Positions 28,263 to 36,486 of a stretch of 64,000 nucleotides of DNA are shown in pieces; position 1 is the first letter of the stretch; every line of letters starts with the position of its first letter. The notes under the pieces are model-generated. The model saw only the letters and a program-made list of their open reading frames with translations, was not told the DNA's origin and did not search any database. Both the position numbers and the translations under genes were made by a program. Source of the stretch: an uncultured Aliarcobacter sp. (GTDB taxonomy: Bacteria; Campylobacterota; Campylobacteria; Campylobacterales; Arcobacteraceae); contig CAYLKG010000002.1 in the NCBI GenBank assembly GCA_964384195.1, forward strand, positions 2,117 through 66,116. Direction: 5' to 3'.

Positions 28263-29695
28263 GATTTGATTTAAAATTAATGGATTTTGTTGAGTGTGAA
28301 AAAGATTTCGATAAATTAGCAGTTTGCGGAAGTAATAAAGATTTAACTTGGAATGAATTAAAAAAAGAAGTTGAGTTTTTAAAAGAGAAATTTTCAAAAT
28401 ATAATCTTCCAAAAGGTCATCCAGTTGTTATTTATGGACATAAAGAATCAGATTTTATTGTAAGTATGGTTGCTTGCATGAGTTTGGGATATCCATATAT
28501 TCCTATTGATACAATATATCCAAAATCAAGAGTTGAAAAAATTGTTAATATTGTAAAATCTTCTTTGACAATTAATATAATTGAAAATAATATCAGTTTT
28601 AATGAAACTAATATTTCTACAACATACTATCTTGATGACCCAATAGTTTATATAATTTTTACATCAGGAAGTACGGGTGAGCCAAAAGGTGTTCAAATAA
28701 CTCAAAACTCTATTTTAGATTTTGATAAATGGTTAAGTCATGATTTTGGATTTTCAAATAAAACTGTATTTATGAACCAAGCTCCTTTTAGTTTTGATTT
28801 GTCTGTTTATGAAGTTGTTGGATTTTTAAGCCTAGGGGCAACTATTGTTTTAAATAGCAAGGAGATTATTGAAAATCATATAGAATATTTTGAAAGATTG
28901 AAAAAATACTCTTGTGATGCGTGGATTTCAACACCATCGTTTATAAGTAAGCTTTTACTTTCAGATTTATTTACACAAAATAATCTAAAAGATTTGAAAA
29001 CTTTCCTATTTTGTGGAGAGGTTTTACCTGCAAACACTGTAAAAAGAATAAAAAATAGTTTTCCTTCTTCGATAGTTTTAAATACTTACGGCCCAACTGA
29101 AGCAACTGTTGCTACAACTTTGGTTGAAATTACTTCTGAGATTATAGAAAAGTATTCAAAAAGTCTTCCTGTGGGGTATGTGAAAGAGGGGACTGTTATA
29201 AACTTATTAAATATTGATGAACAAAATATAGGTGAAATGGAAATTATTGGAGACAATGTATCTATTGGATATTTTAAAAATGATGAACTAGATAGTCAAA
29301 AATTTGAGAAAAAATACGAAAAGAGAAGTTTTAGAACTGGAGATTTTGGATATTTTGAAGATGGATTACTATTTTTTGCAAACAGAAAAGATGAACTAAT
29401 AAAACTTCATGGATACAGAATAGAATTGGGTGAAATTGATAAAGAGATTTTATCTAATATAAATATTGTAGATTCAATAACAATTCCATTAAAAAGAGGA
29501 GGGGAGGTAGCAAAACTAATCTCTTTTGTTATCTCTAAAAGTAAAGTTGATATAGAAGAACTAAAAAATAGTATTTCTACAAATCTTCCTTACTACATGG
29601 TACCTTCTGATATTGTAGCAATTGATAGTTTTCCTTATAATGCAAACCACAAGATTGATAAAAATGAATTAATGAATATTTATAAGAATTTATAG
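28259..29695 (+). CDS. dltA: D-alanine--D-alanyl carrier protein ligase DltA
   Basis: FTSGSTGEPKGV, NQAPFSFDLS, FLFCGE, NTYGPTEATVA, GYRIELGEI, KID. Confidence 0.92.
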   Translation: MRFDLKLMDFVECEKDFDKLAVCGSNKDLTWNELKKEVEFLKEKFSKYNLPKGHPVVIYGHKESDFIVSMVACMSLGYPYIPIDTIYPKSRVEKIVNIVKSSLTINIIENNISFNETNISTTYYLDDPIVYIIFTSGSTGEPKGVQITQNSILDFDKWLSHDFGFSNKTVFMNQAPFSFDLSVYEVVGFLSLGATIVLNSKEIIENHIEYFERLKKYSCDAWISTPSFISKLLLSDLFTQNNLKDLKTFLFCGEVLPANTVKRIKNSFPSSIVLNTYGPTEATVATTLVEITSEIIEKYSKSLPVGYVKEGTVINLLNIDEQNIGEMEIIGDNVSIGYFKNDELDSQKFEKKYEKRSFRTGDFGYFEDGLLFFANRKDELIKLHGYRIELGEIDKEILSNINIVDSITIPLKRGGEVAKLISFVISKSKVDIEELKNSISTNLPYYMVPSDIVAIDSFPYNANHKIDKNELMNIYKNL

Positions 29696-29696
29696 A

Positions 29697-29720
29697 TTAG
29701 AGCAGATTAAATCTGCCTAA
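29697..29720. terminator. Hairpin between convergent dltA and argG
   Basis: TTAG(A)GCAGAT-taa-ATCTGCCTAA. Confidence 0.55.
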
Positions 29721-29730
29721 CCTAAAGAAG

Positions 29731-30966
29731 TTATTTTTGTTTTTTACCTGCAATTACAAGTCTTAAAGCATTTAATCTAATAAATCCTTCTGCATCTTTT
29801 TGGTTATATACCTCATCTTTTTCAAAAGTAGAATAAGCATCATCATATAATGATTTAGAAGACTCTCTTCCTATAACCATAACGTTACCTTTGTAAAGTT
29901 TTAATTTTACTTTACCTTCCACGTTTTTTTGAGTAGAATCAATTGCAGCTTGTAGCATTTCTCTTTCAGGAGAGAACCAATATCCTTGGTAAATTAATTT
30001 TGCATATCTTGGCATTAACTCATCTTTTAAATGAGCAGCTTCTCTATCAAGAGTTAAAGATTCAATTGCTCTATGAGCTTTTAACATAATAGTTCCACCT
30101 GGAGTCTCATAACAACCTCTAGCTTTCATTCCAACATATCTATTTTCAACAATATCAACTCTTCCAATTCCATGTTTGTTTCCAAGTTTATTTAAAGCCA
30201 ATAAAAGATTTGCTGGGCTTAAATTTTCACCATTTAATGCAATCGGGTCACCATTTTTGTACTCAATTTCAATAATTTCAGCACAATCAGGAGCTTTTTC
30301 AGGTGATGTTGTCCATAACCACATTGTCTCTTCTGGCTCATTTGCTGGATTTTCTAAATGAAGTCCCTCATAAGAAATATGAAGTAAGTTTGCATCCATT
30401 GAATATGGGCTTACTTTTGGATTTCCATTTTCATCAACATGTTTTTGAGAAATTTCAATTCCATTTTTTCTAGCATACTCAAGTAAGCTTTCCCTAGAGT
30501 TTAATTCCCACTCTCTCCATGGTGCAATTACTTTTAAATCTGGATTTAAAGCTAAAGCTCCAAGCTCAAATCTAACTTGGTCATTTCCTTTTCCTGTTGC
30601 TCCGTGACTTACAGCTTCTGCACCTTTTTCATTTGCAATTTCAACTAATTTTTTTGCAATTAACGGTCTTGCTATACTTGTTCCTAAAAGATACTCTCCT
30701 TCATAAATAGCATTTGCTCTAAACATAGGAAATACATAATCTTTTACAAATTCCTCTTTAACATCTAAAATATAAACATTTTCAGGTTTAATACCACAAG
30801 CTATAGCTTTAGCACGTGCTGGTTCAACCTCTTCTCCTTGTCCTAAATCAGCTGTAAAAGTAATAACTTCAGCATTGTATTCATCTTGAAGCCATTTTAA
30901 AATAATAGAAGTATCAAGTCCTCCACTATAAGCCAAAACTACTTTCTTAATATCTTTTTTGCTCAT
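29731..30966 (-). CDS. argG: Argininosuccinate synthase
   Basis: [30 protein letters not shown]. Confidence 0.98.
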   Translation of the reverse strand: MSKKDIKKVVLAYSGGLDTSIILKWLQDEYNAEVITFTADLGQGEEVEPARAKAIACGIKPENVYILDVKEEFVKDYVFPMFRANAIYEGEYLLGTSIARPLIAKKLVEIANEKGAEAVSHGATGKGNDQVRFELGALALNPDLKVIAPWREWELNSRESLLEYARKNGIEISQKHVDENGNPKVSPYSMDANLLHISYEGLHLENPANEPEETMWLWTTSPEKAPDCAEIIEIEYKNGDPIALNGENLSPANLLLALNKLGNKHGIGRVDIVENRYVGMKARGCYETPGGTIMLKAHRAIESLTLDREAAHLKDELMPRYAKLIYQGYWFSPEREMLQAAIDSTQKNVEGKVKLKLYKGNVMVIGRESSKSLYDDAYSTFEKDEVYNQKDAEGFIRLNALRLVIAGKKQK

Positions 30967-31063
30967 TTTATATCCTATTTTAGTAAATTACCAGAGATTT
31001 TACCTAAGTTTTACTATAAAGAATTTTAAGCACTTTTAGAAAATTTTCGTTATAATCAATCTC

Positions 31064-31312
31064 ATGAGAATAGATAAATTTTTAAATGCAGTAAATATTA
31101 CAAAAAGAAGAGCCGTTGCTGAAGATATGTTGGAACACAAAGTTGTTTTTTTAAATGATATCCCAGTAAAAAAAGCTAAGGAAGTAAAGGTTGGAGATAC
31201 TATAGAGATAAAATATCTTGAAAAAAGTGAAAGGTTTAAAATTCTTCAAATTCCAACTACAAAATCTACACCAAAATCAAAAATAGATGATTATATAGAG
31301 AGGTTAAATTAA
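31064..31312 (+). CDS. S4-domain RNA-binding protein (YabO/Hsp15-like)
   Basis: MRIDKFL...KRR...KEVKVGD. Confidence 0.88.
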   Translation: MRIDKFLNAVNITKRRAVAEDMLEHKVVFLNDIPVKKAKEVKVGDTIEIKYLEKSERFKILQIPTTKSTPKSKIDDYIERLN

Positions 31313-32299
31313 GTGTTTTTAGAGACAAAAGCAAAATTTGATGAAATTTTTGAGAATAAATTAAGTCAGGATGAAATAAGAGATTATTTTTTGGAGTTGT
31401 ATAATAGAGGAGAAACAGCATCTGAGTTTGCAGGGGCTGCTAGTTCTATGAGAGATTTTATGATACCTCTTCCAATAAATGAGGAGTTAAGAAAAAAATC
31501 TATAGATATTGTTGGAACAGGTGGAGATAAAAGCTATAGCTTCAATATATCATCTACAGTTTCAATTCTAATGGCAAGTATGGGTTCATATGTAGCAAAA
31601 CATGGAAATAGAAGTGTTACGAGTAAAAGTGGAAGTGCTGATATGCTTGAAGCTTTAGGTATAAATTTAAATTTAAGTCTTGAAGATAGTGCAAGGATGC
31701 TAGAAGAGACGGGTTTTGGTTTTATGTTTGCAGCAAATCATCATCCTGCTATGAAATATATTACGCCTGTAAGAAAGACAATTGACCACAGAACTATTAT
31801 GAATATAATTGGACCTTTATGTAATCCTGCTGGAGTTGAGAAACAAGTTCTAGGGGTTTTTCATAAAGATTTTATAAATAAAATTGCAACCGCTTTAGAT
31901 ATGCTTGACTGTAAAAGAGCAATGGTACTATCTTCAGCTGATGGTATGGATGAGATTTCGATTTCAAGTATTACTTATGCAACTTTATTAGAAAATGGAA
32001 AACAAACTGATTTAGAAATAAATCCAGAAAACTATGGTTTAAAACTAGCTCCAAAAGACGATATTGTAGGTGAAGGACCTGAGGTTAATGCACAAATAAC
32101 AAAAGATATTTTATATGGCAAAGAAAAAGGTGCGAAACTAGATATTGTTTTAATAAATGCAGCTGCTGCTTTAGTTGTTGATGAAAAAGCAAGAGATATA
32201 AAAGAAGGTATAGAAAAGTCAAGAGAAGCTATTAATAGCGGACTTGCAAAAAGAAAATTAGAAGAGATAGTAAAATTTTCACAAAGGCTTAGTTGCTAA
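31313..32299 (+). CDS. trpD: Anthranilate phosphoribosyltransferase
   Basis: DIVGTGGD, NISST, KHGNRSVTSKSGSAD, GMDEIS. Confidence 0.95.
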   Translation: MFLETKAKFDEIFENKLSQDEIRDYFLELYNRGETASEFAGAASSMRDFMIPLPINEELRKKSIDIVGTGGDKSYSFNISSTVSILMASMGSYVAKHGNRSVTSKSGSADMLEALGINLNLSLEDSARMLEETGFGFMFAANHHPAMKYITPVRKTIDHRTIMNIIGPLCNPAGVEKQVLGVFHKDFINKIATALDMLDCKRAMVLSSADGMDEISISSITYATLLENGKQTDLEINPENYGLKLAPKDDIVGEGPEVNAQITKDILYGKEKGAKLDIVLINAAAALVVDEKARDIKEGIEKSREAINSGLAKRKLEEIVKFSQRLSC

Positions 32300-32715
32300 T
32301 GAGCAAAGAGTTTTTATTGGAAGAAAAAGAGATAGAAGTTGTAGTCTCTTATCTTAAAGAAATTCTAGAAAATCGTGATTGTATAGTTATTTTAAGAGGT
32401 GATTTAGCAAGTGGAAAAACAACACTTGTAAAACATTTTGTAAAAGCAATAGGAGTAAGTGACATCGTAAATTCTCCTACATTTTCCCTGCAAGTAATTT
32501 ATGGGGAAAACATCTTTCACTATGATTTGTACAATAAAACTTTAGAAGAATTCATCTCTTTGGGGATGCTTGAAGAGTTTGAAAAAAGTGGTCTACATTT
32601 TGTAGAATGGGGAGATAGTAAGCTAGAGAATATTTTGAACGATTATGGTTTTGATGTAATAGTTTTAAATATTTTTAAAAAAGATAATAAAAGGTTATAT
32701 AAAATAGATGCATAA
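32299..32715 (+). CDS. tsaE: tRNA t6A ATPase TsaE
   Basis: GDLASGKTT, SPTF, HYDLY, VEWG; ATG overlaps trpD stop. Confidence 0.92.
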   Translation: MSKEFLLEEKEIEVVVSYLKEILENRDCIVILRGDLASGKTTLVKHFVKAIGVSDIVNSPTFSLQVIYGENIFHYDLYNKTLEEFISLGMLEEFEKSGLHFVEWGDSKLENILNDYGFDVIVLNIFKKDNKRLYKIDA

Positions 32716-33433
32716 GTTAAAAATAGTAGATATTAAAAAAAGTATTAAGAAAACTGAGATTTTGTATGGGATATCTCTTGAAGTTAATTCAGGAGAGATA
32801 GTTGGACTTTTAGGACCAAATGGAGCTGGAAAAACTACAACATTTTATACAGTTTGTGGATTAGTAAAACCAAGTAGTGGTCAAGTTTTTTTTGATAATG
32901 TAGATATAACTTCTTTACCTTTACATAAAAGAGCTTTAAAAGGAATAGGGTATTTACCGCAAGAATCATCTATTTTTAAAGATTTAAGCGTAGAAGACAA
33001 TCTTCTTTTAGCTGCTGAAATTGTTTTAAAAGATAAAAATGAACAAAATAGAAGAGTTGAAGAACTTCTAGAATTACTCGATATTGAACCAATTCGTCAA
33101 AGAAAAGGAATTTCACTTTCAGGTGGAGAGAGAAGAAGAACAGAAATTGCAAGAGCTTTGGTTTCAAAACCAAAGTTTTTACTTCTAGATGAACCTTTTG
33201 CAGGAGTTGATCCTATCGCAGTTAAAGATATTCAAGATTTAATAAATGAACTCACAAAAATTGGAATAGGGGTATTAATAACAGACCATAATGTAAGAGA
33301 AACTTTACAAATTTGTAATCGTGCTTATGTTATGAAAAGTGGAAGTTTACTAGCAAGTGGTACATCTGAAGAGATTAAAAATAATGCTAGTGTTAAAGAG
33401 CATTATTTGGGTGATGATTTTAAATTTAATTAA
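32708..33433 (+). CDS. lptB: LPS export ABC transporter ATPase LptB
   Basis: GPNGAGKTT, YLPQE, LSGGERRR, DEPFAGVDP, ITDHNVRETL. Confidence 0.96.
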   Translation: MHKLKIVDIKKSIKKTEILYGISLEVNSGEIVGLLGPNGAGKTTTFYTVCGLVKPSSGQVFFDNVDITSLPLHKRALKGIGYLPQESSIFKDLSVEDNLLLAAEIVLKDKNEQNRRVEELLELLDIEPIRQRKGISLSGGERRRTEIARALVSKPKFLLLDEPFAGVDPIAVKDIQDLINELTKIGIGVLITDHNVRETLQICNRAYVMKSGSLLASGTSEEIKNNASVKEHYLGDDFKFN

Positions 33434-33462
33434 TATATAAAATAAACTATGAAAGATAAGAT

Positions 33463-34494
33463 ATGAATGCAATAACAAGAGTAAAAGAAGCAATTGAAGA
33501 GATTAAAAAAGGTAATATGGTAATTATGCTTGACGATGAGGATAGAGAAAACGAGGGTGATTTAGTTTACTCTGCTGCTCTTAGTACTCCTGAGCATGTT
33601 AATTTTATGGTAACTCATGCAAAAGGTTTAGTTTGTGTAACTGTATCAAATGAAACTGCAAAAAGATTAGAACTTTACCCAATGGTTAGTTCTAATACTT
33701 CAGCCTATGAAACTGCATTTACAGTATCTGTTGATGATGCAAATGCTGCTACAGGAATTAGTGCAATTGAAAGAGACAATACTATAAAAATTTTGGCAAA
33801 TCCTATTTCAAAAGCTGTCGAGTTAGTTCGTCCTGGACATATTTTTCCACTAATTGCAAAAGATGGTGGTGTATTAGTTAGAACAGGGCATACTGAAGGT
33901 AGCGTAGACTTATGCAAACTTGCTGGATTGAAAGGCGAAGCTGTTATTTGTGAAATCTTAAAAGAAGATGGAACAATGGCCAGAAGAGATGATTTAGATA
34001 TTTTTGCTGCAAAACACAATTTAAAACAAATCTATATCTCTGATTTAGTTGAGTATAGATTATCTCATGAAAAATTAGTTTGTGAAACTTCAAGTACAAA
34101 AAGTAAGTTTTTTGCTCAAGATGTTTTAAAAAAAGAGTTTAAAGATCATTTGGGAAATGTTCATACGGCTATTATTTTTGGAGAACCAAAAGATTTAACA
34201 CATGTTAAATTTCATACAATAAGACCTGATATTAAAATATTTTTAAATGATGATAAATTACATTCAATGTTAAAAACTATAAACTTCTTACAAAGTAAAG
34301 GTGGAGTTTTAATATTTTTAAGCAATGAAAACAAAAATCAAGAATTAGAAAAGAATTATGGAATTGGTGCACAAATTTTAAATTCTTTAAATATTAAAAA
34401 AGTTAAGCTAATGACGAGTGGTGGAAAACATTCATTTGTTGGTTTAAATGGTTTTGGTTTAGAAATTATTGAAGAGATACAAATAGAATCTTAA
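33463..34494 (+). CDS. ribB: DHBP synthase RibB fused to degenerate GTP cyclohydrolase II-like domain
   Basis: DDEDRENEGD, RPGHIFPL, RTGHTE; C-terminal domain lacks the Zn-binding Cys. Confidence 0.9.
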   Translation: MNAITRVKEAIEEIKKGNMVIMLDDEDRENEGDLVYSAALSTPEHVNFMVTHAKGLVCVTVSNETAKRLELYPMVSSNTSAYETAFTVSVDDANAATGISAIERDNTIKILANPISKAVELVRPGHIFPLIAKDGGVLVRTGHTEGSVDLCKLAGLKGEAVICEILKEDGTMARRDDLDIFAAKHNLKQIYISDLVEYRLSHEKLVCETSSTKSKFFAQDVLKKEFKDHLGNVHTAIIFGEPKDLTHVKFHTIRPDIKIFLNDDKLHSMLKTINFLQSKGGVLIFLSNENKNQELEKNYGIGAQILNSLNIKKVKLMTSGGKHSFVGLNGFGLEIIEEIQIES

Positions 34495-34504
34495 TCCTAT
34501 AAAA

Positions 34505-34529
34505 ATAGCCAGTTTTGATAACCGGCTAT
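34505..34529 (+). terminator. Probable terminator after ribB
   Basis: ATAGCCAGTT-ttgat-AACCGGCTAT, one mismatch. Confidence 0.5.
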
Positions 34530-34539
34530 AAAAAATCTT

Positions 34540-34570
34540 ATTTAGTATTGAAAACTATAATTTTCAAACT
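34540..34570. other. difH: difH chromosome dimer resolution site
   Basis: ATTTAGTATTGAAAACTATAATTTTCAAACT: TTGAAAA/TTTTCAA arms around a 6-bp centre; matches the Helicobacter/Campylobacter difH pattern as I recall it; 54 bp upstream of xerH. Confidence 0.85.
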
Positions 34571-34587
34571 AACATTAATATATTGTT

Positions 34588-34596
34588 TGATATACT
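34588..34596 (+). promoter_or_regulatory. Extended -10 element of xerH promoter
   Basis: TGaTATACT about 28 bp upstream of ATG; GGAG RBS follows. Confidence 0.5.
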
Positions 34597-34623
34597 ACTT
34601 CAATTAATTTATGGAGATTTATA

Positions 34624-35676
34624 ATGAGATATGAGCTTGATTTTAAAAATAGTTTTGAGAAAACTATGTTATTTTGGCTGGAAAGATTTGTTAGAAATAA
34701 ACTTACAAGCTTATCAAATAGACAAGTAAATGAAAAAGATAAATTAGCAGCTATTTTAAAAAAATTAGCCTTAGGAACTAAAAATATTCAAGAATTAGAA
34801 ATTCTAGCAAAAGAAGCAAGAAATATTGGTTTAGTAGGAATTAATACATACTTTAATCCTCTTTTAAAGCTATACAATTTTAGCTTAAATTTGGGTTTAG
34901 CTTCAATGAAAGAGTTTGATGAAGAGCTATTGAGTGATTTTCTAGCTAGTGAAACTAGCTCTTTATCTGATGCTACTAAAAAAAATCACAGAATTGCCCT
35001 TTTAGCATTTTTTTCTTATATTGATAAACAAAATGAAACAAGCGATGGAAACTCATATTTATTTAAAATTGAATTAAAAAATTGGCAAGGATTAAGTGGA
35101 AAATCAGGTTCAAAACTCCCCTCTTTCATGAATGAAGATGAAGTTAATAGATTTTTAAATGCAATTGATAGTTTTGATTTTAGTGAAAATTTAGCTTATA
35201 GAAACAGACTTATTTTAAAAATTATTATCTACACAGGAATAAGAGTTAGTGAAATGTTAAATTTAAAAATAAAAGATATATTCAAAGAAGATGATATTTA
35301 CATGCTTCAAATTAGAGGAAAAGGAAATAAACCTAGAGTTGTAATGATAAAATGTAATATTATTGAAAATGATTTACAAAATTGGTTAAACCAAAGAGTT
35401 TGCAATAGTGATATTTTGGTTTGTAATCAAAAAGGCGATAGACTAACTCAAGCTTATGTAAGTAGAATTGTAGAAAATATTCTAATAAGTGCTGGTATTA
35501 GAAAAGAGAAAAATGGAGCACATATGCTTAGACACTCATTTGCAACACTTCTTTATTCAAAGCACAAAGACTTAATTCTAGTTCAAGAAGCACTAGGACA
35601 TGCCGATATAAATACAAGTCGTATTTATACACATTTTGACAAAGATAGGCTGAGAAAAACTACAGAGATATTTTAA
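34624..35676 (+). CDS. xerH: Tyrosine recombinase XerH
   Basis: 350 aa; YTGIRVSE, GKGNK, HMLRH, LGHADINTSRIY; epsilon-type N-terminal domain; adjacent difH. Confidence 0.9.
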   Translation: MRYELDFKNSFEKTMLFWLERFVRNKLTSLSNRQVNEKDKLAAILKKLALGTKNIQELEILAKEARNIGLVGINTYFNPLLKLYNFSLNLGLASMKEFDEELLSDFLASETSSLSDATKKNHRIALLAFFSYIDKQNETSDGNSYLFKIELKNWQGLSGKSGSKLPSFMNEDEVNRFLNAIDSFDFSENLAYRNRLILKIIIYTGIRVSEMLNLKIKDIFKEDDIYMLQIRGKGNKPRVVMIKCNIIENDLQNWLNQRVCNSDILVCNQKGDRLTQAYVSRIVENILISAGIRKEKNGAHMLRHSFATLLYSKHKDLILVQEALGHADINTSRIYTHFDKDRLRKTTEIF

Positions 35677-35679
35677 TAT

Positions 35680-35958
35680 TTACCAAAAAGAAGAGGTGAT
35701 ATCCTCTTCTTCTGGTTTATTCATTTCTAAAAAAAGATTTTCATTATAATCTAAATATAAACTATAATTACCAAGATTAAAACTATTTTCTATCTCTCTT
35801 TTATTAAAAAATAAAATTTCTTCTCCATATTTGAAAAAATCACTAAAATGATAATCTAATAAAGACGGAGCCATAATATCTATAGCCATTTCCAATGATG
35901 CAAAATCTGCTGCACCAAAAAGGTTATAGATATGTTCTTTATCTATAGAAATAATCAT
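35680..35958 (-). CDS. Acidic hypothetical protein
   Basis: 92-aa ORF in operon with prlC and coiled-coil gene. Confidence 0.7.
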   Translation of the reverse strand: MIISIDKEHIYNLFGAADFASLEMAIDIMAPSLLDYHFSDFFKYGEEILFFNKREIENSFNLGNYSLYLDYNENLFLEMNKPEEEDITSSFW

Positions 35959-35966
35959 TTTGAATT

Positions 35967-36431
35967 TTAGTTATGAAATCCATTTAATAAAGAAGACATT
36001 CTTGTAAGGTCTAGTTTATTATCATCTTTTTGTTCATCTTTTTTATTTAAAACATTTTCAAAAGAACTTAAAAGATTTTCGCTCTCGCTAACAGCTTTCT
36101 CTTCTTCTATTGTTTCTATTTTTTTATCTTCTACCTTTTCAGCTCTTGAAACAGGAGATACAAAATCTAAACTATCATCTTTTTTATTTAAAATATCTTC
36201 AATCTTTCCAAGCATTGAGTAAATATTTGTTTTGTCTTGTTCTGTATTTGTTTTGAAACTTGCAACCTCTTTTTCAAGGCCTTCTTTTGATAACTCAAGA
36301 TTTAAAACTTCATCTTCAAGCTCTGCAACTCTCTCTTTTAAATTATTATTTTTGTCTTGTAACTCTTCATATGCTTTGATTAATGTTTGTAAAGCACCAT
36401 TTAATTTTGTAATTGTTTCAGCATTTGTCAT
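35967..36431 (-). CDS. Coiled-coil hypothetical protein
   Basis: Heptad-rich N-terminal half (YEELQDKNNNLKERVAELEDEVLNLE), acidic tail. Confidence 0.75.
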   Translation of the reverse strand: MTNAETITKLNGALQTLIKAYEELQDKNNNLKERVAELEDEVLNLELSKEGLEKEVASFKTNTEQDKTNIYSMLGKIEDILNKKDDSLDFVSPVSRAEKVEDKKIETIEEEKAVSESENLLSSFENVLNKKDEQKDDNKLDLTRMSSLLNGFHN

Positions 36432-36486
36432 AGTTATTAAATCCTTATGTGTTATATAATTAAAATTGTATTATTACAAATTTTTG

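Noticed and set aside
34050-34494. Degenerate GTP cyclohydrolase II half of RibBA as a pseudogene
   Set aside because: No frame disruption; RibB fused to an inactive RibA-like domain is a known arrangement
34624-35676. Tyrosine recombinase read as a phage or island integrase
   Set aside because: Size, N-terminal domain and adjacent difH fit chromosomal XerH; no att sites or phage genes nearby
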